DNA of 64,000 nucleotides from an uncultured Bacilli bacterium (GTDB lineage Bacteria; Bacillota_I; Bacilli_A; RF39; UBA660): NCBI GenBank assembly GCA_934149465.1, contig CAKPEZ010000005.1, positions 12,646 to 76,645 of the forward strand, read 5' to 3'. Shown piece by piece: positions 47,548 to 57,595 of this stretch (position 1 is its first letter; each line of letters starts with the position of its first letter). The notes under the pieces were generated by a model. It saw only the letters and a program-made list of their open reading frames with translations, ran no database searches and was not told where the DNA came from. The position numbers and the translations under genes were made by a program.

Positions 47548-49914
47548 GTGAATAAAGAAAGAAGAAAAGATATTATTGTGCATCTTGTTTATTTATTGAT
47601 AATTTTCTTTATATATTTTATTTTAACTAAAAATAAGTATATATTTGGATCTGTTACTGATTTTCAAGCACAGCATTATCTTTTTCCTGAATATTTTAGA
47701 AATCTTTTTTATCATACTAAAGATTTATTTCCTGATTTTGCTTTTAATCTAGGTGGAGGACAAAATATATATTATTTTTCTTATTATGGGTTATTAAGTC
47801 CAATTATTCTTTTGTCTTATCTATTTCCAATGATAAAAATGATTGATTATATAATTATTACTAATTTACTTAGTGTTTATATTAGTACTAGTTTATTTTA
47901 TTTTTATTTAAAAAGAAAATATGATTTTAAAACTTCCTTTGTTTGTGCATTTCTTTTTCTTTGTGCTGGTCCTTTACTTTTTCATGCTCATCGACATATG
48001 ATGTTTATGAACTATATGCCATTTTTAATACTTGGATTATATGGGATTGATAGATTTATTGACAAAGATAAGCCTTTGTTATTAATAATTTCCTTAACTT
48101 TATTAATTTATACTAGTTATTATTACAGTTTTTCTTCTTTTGCTTGTCTTTTTATTTATGGAATTTATTCTTATTTTAAGAAAAACTATAAAATAAAAGA
48201 TATGTTTAAACTTGTTATTCCTTTTTTGATATCAGTTATGATTGGAATGTTGATAATTCTTCCTACTTTATATACTTTGATAAGTGGAAGAAGTAGTAGT
48301 GGTAGTAGTATTTCTTTATTAGAGTTATTTACTCCAAATCAATATCTTTTATATGATTCTTATAATATGGGTTTAACTTTTATTAATGTAATTGCGTTAA
48401 TTTACTTTGCTTTTGCTAAAGACAAAGTAAATAAGGTTTTAGCACTCTTTCTTTTAGGCATAAGTATATTTCCCTTTTTTAATTATTTATTAAATGGAAC
48501 TTTATATATTAATGGGAAATCTTTAATACCATTTATCCCACTTGTTTTACTGATGACATCTGAGTTTTTAGATAAAATCTTTAAGAAAAAAATAAATATA
48601 GGGCAAATCTTGTTAATAGGTTATTTAGTAATTTCTTCTTTCTTAATGTGTTTATCTATTAATAAAAAAGATAATCTTATTTTGAAAAAAGATCTTAATA
48701 ATTTAAAATATCAGAATTATTATGATGATATTAAGAAAATTACTAAGAATGATCAAGAACTATTTAGAATAAATAATCAAGTACTTGGAAGATCTTCTTT
48801 AAATATGGTTTCTAATATTTCTGAATATAAAACTACTTTATATTCTTCTACATCTAATAAAGATTATGAATATATATATAAAGAATTATTTAATAATCCT
48901 TTATCTTACCGAAATAAATTTGTTTTAAATAGTTCTAATAATATAGTATTTCAAATATTTATGAATGAGAAATATGTGTTTACTAAGAGTGATTTATCTT
49001 CTTTCTATTCTTTGATTAGTAAGAATAACCATTATAATATTTATCTTAATGATAATACTCTTCCTTTAGGATATGCTTCTAATAATCTTATTAGTTATAA
49101 AGACTTTAAAAATATGAGTTATCCTAGTAATATTATTAGTATGCTTAAAAATATAGTTGTTCCTAATGATAGTAGAAATATAATTAGGACTAAAGTAGAG
49201 AAGATATCTTTAGATTATGATGTTATTTCTAAGGATAATCTTGATATAGAAAAGAATGACAATGGTTATAATATAAAAGCCTTAGGTAGTGAAAATTTAA
49301 CTTTGAGGTTAAAGAATGATTTAAAGAATAAGATTTTATTTATTAGATTTACTAATGATTATGTATCTTCTTGTAAAGATGGGGATTTGAGTATAAAAAT
49401 TAATGGCATTTCTAATAAATTAACTTGTTTAGAGTGGAAATATTATAATGAAAATAAAGTATTTGATTATACTTTGTTAGAGCCTAGTAATTTAGAAATA
49501 ACTTTTTCTAAAGGGACTTATAAACTTAGGGATATAGAGTTTTATGTATTAGATTATAGTGAGTTAAAAGATATTCGTCTTGGAGTAGATCCTTTAATTA
49601 TTGATAGAGATAAAACTTTGGGAGATAAGATAGTTGGAAACATTAATGTTAGAGATGATGGATACTTTACCATGTCTATTCCGTATGATAAGGGATTTTC
49701 AATAAAGCTTGATAATAAGGTAATCTCTTATGAAAAAGTTAATGAATCTTTTATTGGATTTCCAATTACTAAGGGAGAACATCATATTGAAATAGAGTAT
49801 GTTGCCCCTTATAAAAATATTAGTTTAGTTATTACTATAATTGGTATTATTATTTTAATAATATATGTAAGGAGGAAGTATGAAAAAAATATCAGTAATA
49901 GTATCTTGTTATAA
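47548..49914 (+). CDS. YfhO-family polytopic membrane glycosyltransferase (GTG start)
   Basis: About 400 aa of multi-pass membrane region, then a large extracytoplasmic domain and a terminal transmembrane helix. Paired with a GT2 gene, as in the known CsbB/YfhO systems. Confidence 0.75.
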   Translation: MNKERRKDIIVHLVYLLIIFFIYFILTKNKYIFGSVTDFQAQHYLFPEYFRNLFYHTKDLFPDFAFNLGGGQNIYYFSYYGLLSPIILLSYLFPMIKMIDYIIITNLLSVYISTSLFYFYLKRKYDFKTSFVCAFLFLCAGPLLFHAHRHMMFMNYMPFLILGLYGIDRFIDKDKPLLLIISLTLLIYTSYYYSFSSFACLFIYGIYSYFKKNYKIKDMFKLVIPFLISVMIGMLIILPTLYTLISGRSSSGSSISLLELFTPNQYLLYDSYNMGLTFINVIALIYFAFAKDKVNKVLALFLLGISIFPFFNYLLNGTLYINGKSLIPFIPLVLLMTSEFLDKIFKKKINIGQILLIGYLVISSFLMCLSINKKDNLILKKDLNNLKYQNYYDDIKKITKNDQELFRINNQVLGRSSLNMVSNISEYKTTLYSSTSNKDYEYIYKELFNNPLSYRNKFVLNSSNNIVFQIFMNEKYVFTKSDLSSFYSLISKNNHYNIYLNDNTLPLGYASNNLISYKDFKNMSYPSNIISMLKNIVVPNDSRNIIRTKVEKISLDYDVISKDNLDIEKNDNGYNIKALGSENLTLRLKNDLKNKILFIRFTNDYVSSCKDGDLSIKINGISNKLTCLEWKYYNENKVFDYTLLEPSNLEITFSKGTYKLRDIEFYVLDYSELKDIRLGVDPLIIDRDKTLGDKIVGNINVRDDGYFTMSIPYDKGFSIKLDNKVISYEKVNESFIGFPITKGEHHIEIEYVAPYKNISLVITIIGIIILIIYVRRKYEKNISNSILL

Positions 49915-50815
49915 TGAACAAGAAGCAATTCCTTATTTTTATGAGGAAATAATTAAGACAGCTAAGGAAATGGATTATGTTGATTTTGAGTTCTTATTTG
50001 TTAATGATGGTTCTAAAGATAATACACTTAATATCTTAAAAGAATTAGCTAAGAAAGATAAGAGAGTTAGATATATTTCATTTTCAAGAAATTTTGGAAA
50101 GGAAGCTGCAATGTTAGCAGGACTTGAGAATGCTAGAGGAGACTATATTACTTTGATGGATGCTGATTTACAAGATCCGCCAGCAATGCTACCAGAGATG
50201 TATCGTCTTATTACCGAAGAAGGTTATGATCAAGTTGGTACTAGAAGAGTTACTAGAAAAGGAGAACCTCCTATTAGGAGCTTTTTTGCAAGATGCTTTT
50301 ATAAATTAATAAATAAAATGTCTAAGGTTGAAATGGTAGATGGAGCAAGAGATTATCGTTTGATGACTAGACAAGTAGTAGATTCTATTATTTCTTTAAA
50401 AGAATATAATCGTTATTCTAAGGGGCTATTTAGTTTTGTTGGGTATGATACTAAGTGGCTTGAGTATGAGAATGTTAATAGAGTAGCAGGAGAAACAAAA
50501 TGGTCCTTTTGGAAGTTATTTAAATATGCAATTGAAGGAATAGTAGCGTTTACGACTGTACCTTTAACTTTATCTTCAGTATTTGGAATTATTTTTTGTC
50601 TTCTTTCTATAATAGGAATTATCTTTATTGTAGTTAGAACTTTAGCGTTTGGAGATCCTGTTAGTGGTTGGCCTTCTTTAGTTTGTATAATTCTACTTTT
50701 AAGTGGTATTCAGTTATTGTCTTTAGGGATTATTGGTCAATATTTAGCTAAAGCATATTTGGAAACTAAGCATAGACCTATTTATATAGTAAAGGAAACA
50801 AGTGAAGATAAATAA
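49880..50815 (+). CDS. GT2 polyprenyl-phosphate glycosyltransferase (CsbB/GtrB-like)
   Basis: ISVIVSCYNEQ, DGSKDNT and DADLQDPP motifs, with two C-terminal transmembrane helices. Strong AAGGAGGAAG SD inside the yfhO-like 3' end. Confidence 0.88.
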   Translation: MKKISVIVSCYNEQEAIPYFYEEIIKTAKEMDYVDFEFLFVNDGSKDNTLNILKELAKKDKRVRYISFSRNFGKEAAMLAGLENARGDYITLMDADLQDPPAMLPEMYRLITEEGYDQVGTRRVTRKGEPPIRSFFARCFYKLINKMSKVEMVDGARDYRLMTRQVVDSIISLKEYNRYSKGLFSFVGYDTKWLEYENVNRVAGETKWSFWKLFKYAIEGIVAFTTVPLTLSSVFGIIFCLLSIIGIIFIVVRTLAFGDPVSGWPSLVCIILLLSGIQLLSLGIIGQYLAKAYLETKHRPIYIVKETSEDK

Positions 50816-50853
50816 CTTGTTTTTCTTTTAAAAAGATGATACAATTAATGCGT

Positions 50854-50930
<77 letters not shown>

Positions 50931-50969
50931 TTTTTGATTCATTAAAGGATATATAATGTTCTTATAGAG

Positions 50970-50997
50970 AAACTAGTTAGTAATAATTAGTTTTTTT
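50970..50997 (+). terminator. terminator after tRNA-Arg
   Basis: AAACTAGTTA-GTAA-TAATTAGTTT (one G-U) plus T4. Confidence 0.55.
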
Positions 50998-51030
50998 GTG
51001 TTATACTCTTTTGATGAAGGAGGTTTAATT

Positions 51031-51756
51031 ATGCCAGAAAATTATTATTTTAAAGAGGTTTTATTAGGTCTTAAAACTGAATATAATGAATATGAAAATA
51101 TGATTAAGAAGATAAAAGAATATGTTAAAGTAATTGGAAAAGAGAAACTTGAAAATTTTGATTTTTATTTGGAGAATTCTATTTATGGTCTTTGTTTAAT
51201 TTGTAAAATTGAGGGAAAAAGAAATAGAATTATGAAATTACTTGGTAAATCAAATATCGATTACGTAAGTGCTAGTGTTAGATCAAATGGTTCTATGTAT
51301 GTTAAAAGTAATGATATTTGCTTGTATGGAGATAGTTTATTTTTTCAAGAAAATATTAAGAAACTTATGAATTCTTCATTTGCTAAAGAGATGATTGTTC
51401 TTGTTGTAAATTCTTTAGATGGAAATTCTTGTTTAAGGGTAGAATATAATAGTATTAAGTGTAATTTAGGAAGAGGAAATTATTTGGTTTATAATCCTAT
51501 TACTAATAGCATTACTTTGCATAGTAGAAATAAAGTTACTAGGACAGGACTTTATGATATTTTGTATAAAAGTTATTTGAGAAATGATTTTCCTTTGTAT
51601 CATCAAGATATTATTGATAGTTCTTTAGAAAAAAGCAAAGCCATTGAAATAATTAGTGATCCAGTAAAGAAAGCAGGTTCATTTGAAACTTATGAAGATA
51701 TGGAATTTATTGAAGAGGGTAAAAGACTTATTTTAAAAAATAAAAATAGAAGGTAA
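51031..51756 (+). CDS. hypothetical protein (241 aa)
   Basis: ATG 51031 follows the GAAGGAGGT SD. The track GTG 50998 abuts the terminator. No recognisable motif. Confidence 0.6.
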   Translation: MPENYYFKEVLLGLKTEYNEYENMIKKIKEYVKVIGKEKLENFDFYLENSIYGLCLICKIEGKRNRIMKLLGKSNIDYVSASVRSNGSMYVKSNDICLYGDSLFFQENIKKLMNSSFAKEMIVLVVNSLDGNSCLRVEYNSIKCNLGRGNYLVYNPITNSITLHSRNKVTRTGLYDILYKSYLRNDFPLYHQDIIDSSLEKSKAIEIISDPVKKAGSFETYEDMEFIEEGKRLILKNKNRR

Positions 51757-51783
51757 AGACGTTATATAGGCGTCTTTTTATTT
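51755..51783 (+). terminator. rho-independent terminator
   Basis: AAAGACG (51755-51761) pairs with CGTCTTT (51771-51777), followed by a T run. Confidence 0.6.
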
Positions 51784-51810
51784 GACTAATTACTTCTTAT
51801 ATGTTAAAAT
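51782..51810 (+). promoter_or_regulatory. sigma-A type promoter of the giant ORF
   Basis: TTGACT (51782-51787), 17-nt spacer, TAAAAT (51805-51810). The track's TTG start is in fact this -35 box. Confidence 0.5.
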
Positions 51811-51838
51811 ACAGCTTGTTTTAAGGGGAAGATGTAGT

Positions 51839-54800
51839 ATGAGAAAAGAGGTATTAAATTTTCTTAATAGTATAGATATTTCTTTAGAAGAAAAGAAAAA
51901 ATATCTTAATTCTAAAAAATTTATTAACTTTTTATTAAGTCTTTCGGTTAATGAGATTTTAATTCTTTGTGATTTAATTTTTGAGAAAGAACTTGCTGAT
52001 ATATTAGGAAAAAAGTTTGATAATATTTTTAATAGTAAGAATTTTTTTTATGCTAAAAAGATTAATAAGTGGAGAAAAGAAATAGAGGAGTATCCATATT
52101 TTAATTCTAATTCTTTGAATAGAAGCTTTCCATTAAGTATAAAAAAGATTATTGCTAATAAAGTTTATAATAATATTGATATGATAATAGATACTCTAAG
52201 TAATGAGAATATAGATTTTAATATTAAAAAATTAATAGTAGATGAGGTTATTCAAGATCGTTCATTAGCGTTCGTTCTTAGTTTTATTCCAAAAGGAGAA
52301 ATATGTGATTATATCCTAGATAATAGAGTTTTAGGAAAGAATAAAGTAATTGAAATGATTTTGCGTTCTGCTAATAAAGATTGTAGATTATTAGTAATTA
52401 ATAGATGTGTTGATAAAAAAGCTCTTACTTATTTATTTGATAATAATCTTATTAGCGATATTGTTTCTAATGAGATTGTTCAAAATAAAATTGAGGAAAC
52501 TAATTTTTATATTCATAATTTGTCTTTTTCTAAAGCTTTGAAAGTAGTTGGTTCGGATAACTTTCCTTTTACTATGCAAGAGAGGGTATGGCTTGAAAAG
52601 AAGAATATGCTTATTTTAGGAGCAATTTTTACTCCTTTGATTTCTAATAACGATTTTTTTTATCAGTCTAATCCAAAAGTAATAGATTTATATTATAAGA
52701 CTCATTTTTTTAGAATTAATTCTTCTATTTTATTTAATCCTTTGTTTAATCCTTTTTCTTGGTTAACTTCTAAGGCAGTTCCAGATTCAGTTAAATTAAG
52801 AATAATGAAATGTCGTAATTTAGAGATAGATTTTTTAATAAAGACTATGAGTTATTCTGCTTTGAAACAGTATCTATATAATAGAGAATATACTAATTTA
52901 CCTAGTTTTATTTTAGATAAAATTTTTAAGCTTCGAAAGAATAATATTATAGATAATATAAAGAAAAATGATAAGAAAGAAAATATTTTAGATATTCAGG
53001 GAAGAGATTATTGTCAAGAGTACTTGAAACTACTTATTGAATATTCTGTTAATAAAGATAATATTTTAGATTTGCTTCGTTCTGGGTATAGGGCTGGTTA
53101 TATAATTCACGTTAAAAAAGAATTAATTTATAGCATCTTAGATGGTTTAAGTCCTATGGAACTTTTAACTTTCGATAAATATGGTTTTAATGAACCCGTA
53201 AAAAGAATAATTGTGGATAATAATATCTTCTTGTTTAAAGAGAAGTTATCTTTATTAGATAAAGATTTGCTTTTGAAAAGTCTTAGTAATGATAATATTT
53301 TAGATAGTATTAAAGAAATAATCATAGAAATATTTGGTTATTCTAGGAAAGAAGCTTTACTTATAAAAAAATTATTTAATTTTTGTGATGTTAAGCATGT
53401 TTTAATGTATTATAGTCAGATCAAACTTTTTTTAAAGAAAGCTAACATTGATATTAATTTACTTTTCCAATATGGTGGTGAAAGTAAGATTTGTCCTAAT
53501 TGGTTAGGGATTATTATAAGTATTTTAGAAAATAACAAAGAAGGAGAGTTTATTGAGATAAAAAATTATTTAGATAATAATTTTTATGATAATCTTGTTA
53601 AAGAAAACGATGTTTCTAGGATTAATTCTTTTTTAGAAGTACTTGCTAATTATAATAAAGAATATTCTTTAATTATAGATATTTTAAAAAGAAAAATTTC
53701 TTTAAGTGAAAATGATAAAATTACTTTAAAATATTTATTTAAAGATACTAATAGGACTAATTTAATTTTTTCATATGATGATTTAGAGAATTACCGAAAG
53801 AAAATGTATTTTGATGTTTTAAAAAAAGTATATTCTAGTGATATTAAGATGGAAGATATTCTTTATATTTATAATAATTTTTTATTTAATGGGAATTCTG
53901 ATGTTATTAATTATATTGGTGGAACTACTTCATTAAAGAATTTGATGGTTAATAATAAGAAATCTAAATTAATTAGAAATTTAATTAAAGAGCTTATTTT
54001 TTATTCAAACATTATAGAAGAAGTTAATAATAGTAATAATTATCAAGGATTATTAGATTATTTGAGAAAAACTTTTAGTAGTTATGATGAATTTGTTATG
54101 GTTCAGAATTTATTTGCTGATTTAAAAAATAAAGTAACTAAACTTTATGAATATGAATCAAAAGTTAATTTATCTAGATTAGATAGTCTTTCTTCTTTAG
54201 AAGATGTTTTAGATTATAAGTTAATGAAAGAATATGGTGGACTAGTTTATGATTTTAAAGATAAGAACTATGTTTTATATGCTCATGTTCTAAGTTCTAA
54301 AGAGAAGATATTTGATTTAGTAAGTGGATCTTCTGATGGTAATAAGAATTTTATTTCTCTTAGTCCAGTTAGTTATAAGGGACAGTATTATTATTATAAT
54401 AGTTATAATACTATATTAGCGTATGATAGGATTCCAAGTGGTAGTTTTATTTATAGTTCGATTGCTAATATGAATACTAATATTTTGATTAGGAGTAATT
54501 CTTTAGAAGTTGATGATACTTTTAGAAAGCAAAGGGGTATTTTAGAAAGTAGTGCAGTTGTTGCGAACAATTCAGAAGCTTTATTTTATAGAGAAGGATT
54601 AATTCCTTGTGGAATTATTCTTCCTGGAGGAAGGATTCCTAGTAATGAGGAACTTTTATATCATAAGAAGTATAATCTTCCTTTTATTGTTACTCAGAAG
54701 GTTGGAATTGCTATTGATAATCCTAAGAAAATTTTTGATATTAATGATTTGGAAGGAGAAATTTCAGATATGAAAGAGTTAGAGAATATTTTAAGTGATG

Positions 54801-55711
54801 TATCTTCTTATGCTAAAACTTGTAAAGAAAATAATATTTATACTGGTAGAGAAGTTGCTATATTTACTGATAGTCATGCATTATATGAGCCTACTTTAGC
54901 TATTTTAGAAGATATTAGAAAAAATGGTATTAGAGAGATTTATTCTTTAGGAGATAATATTGGTAGTGGGCCTAATCCTAGTGAAGTTCTTGATTTACTT
55001 GATGAATATGAAGTTAAGTCAGTTCTTGGTAATGGAGAGTTTTATCAAATACTAGGTACTAAGCCTTTTCCTTATTTAAATAAAGATAGAATAGAAAATG
55101 AAGAGTGGACTCATGATAGATTAAGTACTTCTCAAATAAAAAGATTAAATTTATATCCTACTTCAATAGATTTAAATATTGGAAATAAAAAAGTAGCGCT
55201 TTGTCATTTTGGTAATGATATAAGATGGGACTTTTCTTTAGAACATAATGTTAATTATTATCAAAGAATGCATAATGCTATGCTTTCTCCTATTCAGTTT
55301 CTATATACTAATAGTCCTTCTTCTAAGAAGGTAGTTGTTTCTTATGCTTTGTTAGATAAGCCTTTTTATAAAGGCTATCTAGATGCTAAAGAAAGGCCTT
55401 TATTTGAGGGAAAAACTTTAGATAATTATGATAGTATCTTTGAAGGGCATGTTCATTTTGAAATGAATGATACTTTGGGTAATTTAGATATTCATACTTT
55501 AAGAGCAGTTGGTCTTGGCTTTGATAGAATTGATCCTTTAGATATGGCAGTTTATTATGTTTTAAAGGAAAGAAAAGATGGCTTTTTTGATATAGATAAA
55601 AAGTATGTTTCATTTAATAGGAATTATCTATTATCTAATATTATGTCTAGTAGCATTCCTCATAAAGAGAAAATATTAGAGTTTACTACACATAGACAAT
55701 TGACAAAATAA
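51839..55711 (+). CDS. giant protein (1290 aa): orphan helical N-terminal region plus C-terminal calcineurin-like metallophosphoesterase
   Basis: ATG 51839 follows AAGGGGAAG. MPE motifs run in order: DSH (54869-54877), GDNIGSG (from 54950), GNGE (55028-), CHFGND, GHVH (55445-55456). The first 1000 aa or so have no motif I recognise. Confidence 0.8.
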   Translation: MRKEVLNFLNSIDISLEEKKKYLNSKKFINFLLSLSVNEILILCDLIFEKELADILGKKFDNIFNSKNFFYAKKINKWRKEIEEYPYFNSNSLNRSFPLSIKKIIANKVYNNIDMIIDTLSNENIDFNIKKLIVDEVIQDRSLAFVLSFIPKGEICDYILDNRVLGKNKVIEMILRSANKDCRLLVINRCVDKKALTYLFDNNLISDIVSNEIVQNKIEETNFYIHNLSFSKALKVVGSDNFPFTMQERVWLEKKNMLILGAIFTPLISNNDFFYQSNPKVIDLYYKTHFFRINSSILFNPLFNPFSWLTSKAVPDSVKLRIMKCRNLEIDFLIKTMSYSALKQYLYNREYTNLPSFILDKIFKLRKNNIIDNIKKNDKKENILDIQGRDYCQEYLKLLIEYSVNKDNILDLLRSGYRAGYIIHVKKELIYSILDGLSPMELLTFDKYGFNEPVKRIIVDNNIFLFKEKLSLLDKDLLLKSLSNDNILDSIKEIIIEIFGYSRKEALLIKKLFNFCDVKHVLMYYSQIKLFLKKANIDINLLFQYGGESKICPNWLGIIISILENNKEGEFIEIKNYLDNNFYDNLVKENDVSRINSFLEVLANYNKEYSLIIDILKRKISLSENDKITLKYLFKDTNRTNLIFSYDDLENYRKKMYFDVLKKVYSSDIKMEDILYIYNNFLFNGNSDVINYIGGTTSLKNLMVNNKKSKLIRNLIKELIFYSNIIEEVNNSNNYQGLLDYLRKTFSSYDEFVMVQNLFADLKNKVTKLYEYESKVNLSRLDSLSSLEDVLDYKLMKEYGGLVYDFKDKNYVLYAHVLSSKEKIFDLVSGSSDGNKNFISLSPVSYKGQYYYYNSYNTILAYDRIPSGSFIYSSIANMNTNILIRSNSLEVDDTFRKQRGILESSAVVANNSEALFYREGLIPCGIILPGGRIPSNEELLYHKKYNLPFIVTQKVGIAIDNPKKIFDINDLEGEISDMKELENILSDVSSYAKTCKENNIYTGREVAIFTDSHALYEPTLAILEDIRKNGIREIYSLGDNIGSGPNPSEVLDLLDEYEVKSVLGNGEFYQILGTKPFPYLNKDRIENEEWTHDRLSTSQIKRLNLYPTSIDLNIGNKKVALCHFGNDIRWDFSLEHNVNYYQRMHNAMLSPIQFLYTNSPSSKKVVVSYALLDKPFYKGYLDAKERPLFEGKTLDNYDSIFEGHVHFEMNDTLGNLDIHTLRAVGLGFDRIDPLDMAVYYVLKERKDGFFDIDKKYVSFNRNYLLSNIMSSSIPHKEKILEFTTHRQLTK

Positions 55712-55750
55712 GTAATTTAAGATAACATTTTTAAGTAAGAAGGTGTAATT

Positions 55751-57472
55751 ATGAGTCTTATAAAAGAAACAGAAGATTATTTAAGTAATATATTAAAAGA
55801 ACTTGGTTATGAAGATCGTGCAGTTATAATAGAATCTAATGTGAAAAAGTTTGGAGATTTTCAGCTTGATTTAGCAATGGCTTTAGCGAAGAAATATCAT
55901 CAAAATCCAAGAGAGATTGCTAGTAAGATTGTAAGTAAGATAGATAATCGTTTAAAAGATATTAGAATAGAAGGACCTGGTTTTATTAATTTTAAATTTA
56001 ATGATGATCTTCTTATTAAGTGGAGTAATTCTGGTATTAAAGATTTTAATATTTTTGTTGATAAAACTGCTAAGAAGAAGATTATTGTTGATTATGGTGG
56101 TGCGAACGCTGCTAAGAGTTTACATGTTGGACATATGAGAAGCGCTAATATTGGAGAAGCTTTAAAAAGACTTGCTAAATTATATGGTAATGATGTATTG
56201 GGGGATGTTCATTTAGGAGATCTAGGAAGACAATCTGGTATGTTAATATATGAACTTCATGAAGAACATCCTTCTCTTCCTTTTTTTGATGAAAATTATT
56301 CTAAAGAATATCCTAATATAGGATTAACTGCTCAAGATCTTGGTAGAATGTATCCACTTGCTAGTAAGAAAGCTAAGGAAGATCCTGTTATTATGGAAAA
56401 GGTAAGAGAAATATCTTCTTTGGTAGAAAAAGGCTATAAGCCATACTTAGAATTATGGAAACAGATGTTAGAAGTATCAAGTAAAGAAATAAGAAAAGTT
56501 TATGATAAACTTAATTGTCATTTTGAGATTTGGGATGGAGAACTAGAATCTTTAAATTATGTTCCTAACGTAATGGAAATAATGAAGAAAAACTTATATG
56601 AATCAGATGGTGCTTTAATAATGGATGTTAAAGAAAAAAGTGATACTTTAGAAGTTCCTCCTTTAATGGTTATTAAAAGTAATGGCTCTAGCATATACGC
56701 TACTAGAGATTTGGCTACTTTATATAAAAGAATTAATAAGTATAATCCTGATGAAATATGGTATGTTGTTGATGAAAGACAATCTTTATATTTTACTCAA
56801 GTATTTAGAGGTGCTTATAAATCAGGTTTAGTTCCAGGTAATGTTAGTCTTAAGCATTTTGGATTTGGTACTATTAATGGTAAAGATGGAAAGCCTTTTA
56901 AAACTAGAGATGGTGGGGTAATGGAATTATCTATGTTAATAGAGATGATAAGAAAAGAGATTTATCCTAAAATAAAAGAAGATATTCCATTAGAAGAGAG
57001 AAATAAAATTGCTGATACTTTAGCAATTGCTACTTTAAAATATGCAGATCTTCTTCCTTATAGAAAGACTGATTATGTATTTGATCCTGTAAAGTTTAGT
57101 TCATTAGTAGGAAAAACTGGTATTTATATTTTATATTCAGTAGTAAGAATGAAGTCTCTTCTTAAGAAAACTATAGATAAAGACTATGTAATAAGTGATA
57201 TTTATAATGATGATTTAAAAGATATTTTAAATAAACTAGTTTTATTACCTAAGTATTTATATTTATCTTATAAAGAATCTTCCCTAAACTATATAACAGA
57301 ATATCTATATCAATTAGTTTGTCTTTATAATAAGTTTTATAATGATAATAATATTTTAAATGAAGAAGATATTTTAAAGAAGGAAAGCTATATTGCTTTA
57401 ACTAAACTTGTTTATAATGTAGTTCATAATATTTTAGGTATTTTAGCAATTGATGAAGTAGATAGAATGTAA
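55751..57472 (+). CDS. argS: arginyl-tRNA synthetase
   Basis: Class I HIGH-type motif (ANAAKSLHVGHMRS). 573 aa with an anticodon-binding C terminus ending ...DRM. Confidence 0.93.
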   Translation: MSLIKETEDYLSNILKELGYEDRAVIIESNVKKFGDFQLDLAMALAKKYHQNPREIASKIVSKIDNRLKDIRIEGPGFINFKFNDDLLIKWSNSGIKDFNIFVDKTAKKKIIVDYGGANAAKSLHVGHMRSANIGEALKRLAKLYGNDVLGDVHLGDLGRQSGMLIYELHEEHPSLPFFDENYSKEYPNIGLTAQDLGRMYPLASKKAKEDPVIMEKVREISSLVEKGYKPYLELWKQMLEVSSKEIRKVYDKLNCHFEIWDGELESLNYVPNVMEIMKKNLYESDGALIMDVKEKSDTLEVPPLMVIKSNGSSIYATRDLATLYKRINKYNPDEIWYVVDERQSLYFTQVFRGAYKSGLVPGNVSLKHFGFGTINGKDGKPFKTRDGGVMELSMLIEMIRKEIYPKIKEDIPLEERNKIADTLAIATLKYADLLPYRKTDYVFDPVKFSSLVGKTGIYILYSVVRMKSLLKKTIDKDYVISDIYNDDLKDILNKLVLLPKYLYLSYKESSLNYITEYLYQLVCLYNKFYNDNNILNEEDILKKESYIALTKLVYNVVHNILGILAIDEVDRM

Positions 57473-57508
57473 AAGACTTAAATAGAAAAATACTTTAAGT
57501 CTTTTTTT
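57472..57508 (+). terminator. rho-independent terminator after argS
   Basis: AAAGACTTAAA pairs with TTTAAGTCTTT, followed by a T run. Confidence 0.7.
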
Positions 57509-57595
57509 GTAAAGTTAAATGTCAAGACATAATAAAGTATAAAGAAAAAATAACTTAATATGCTATAATGTAAGTTAAGAAAAGAGGATACTTAT

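Noticed and set aside
49880-49914. 35-nt overlap between the YfhO-like and GT2 genes as something unusual
   Set aside because: The CsbB/GtrB-YfhO pairing is a known teichoic-acid glycosylation module. Overlapping, SD-in-gene coupling is ordinary operon architecture.
54400-54720. PEP-utilising-enzyme mobile-domain-like string (GLIPCGIILPGGRIPS...LPFIVTQ) in the giant protein
   Set aside because: It has only a vague pattern similarity to the phospho-His swivel domain seen in ppdK, and the catalytic His context (TSH) is missing.
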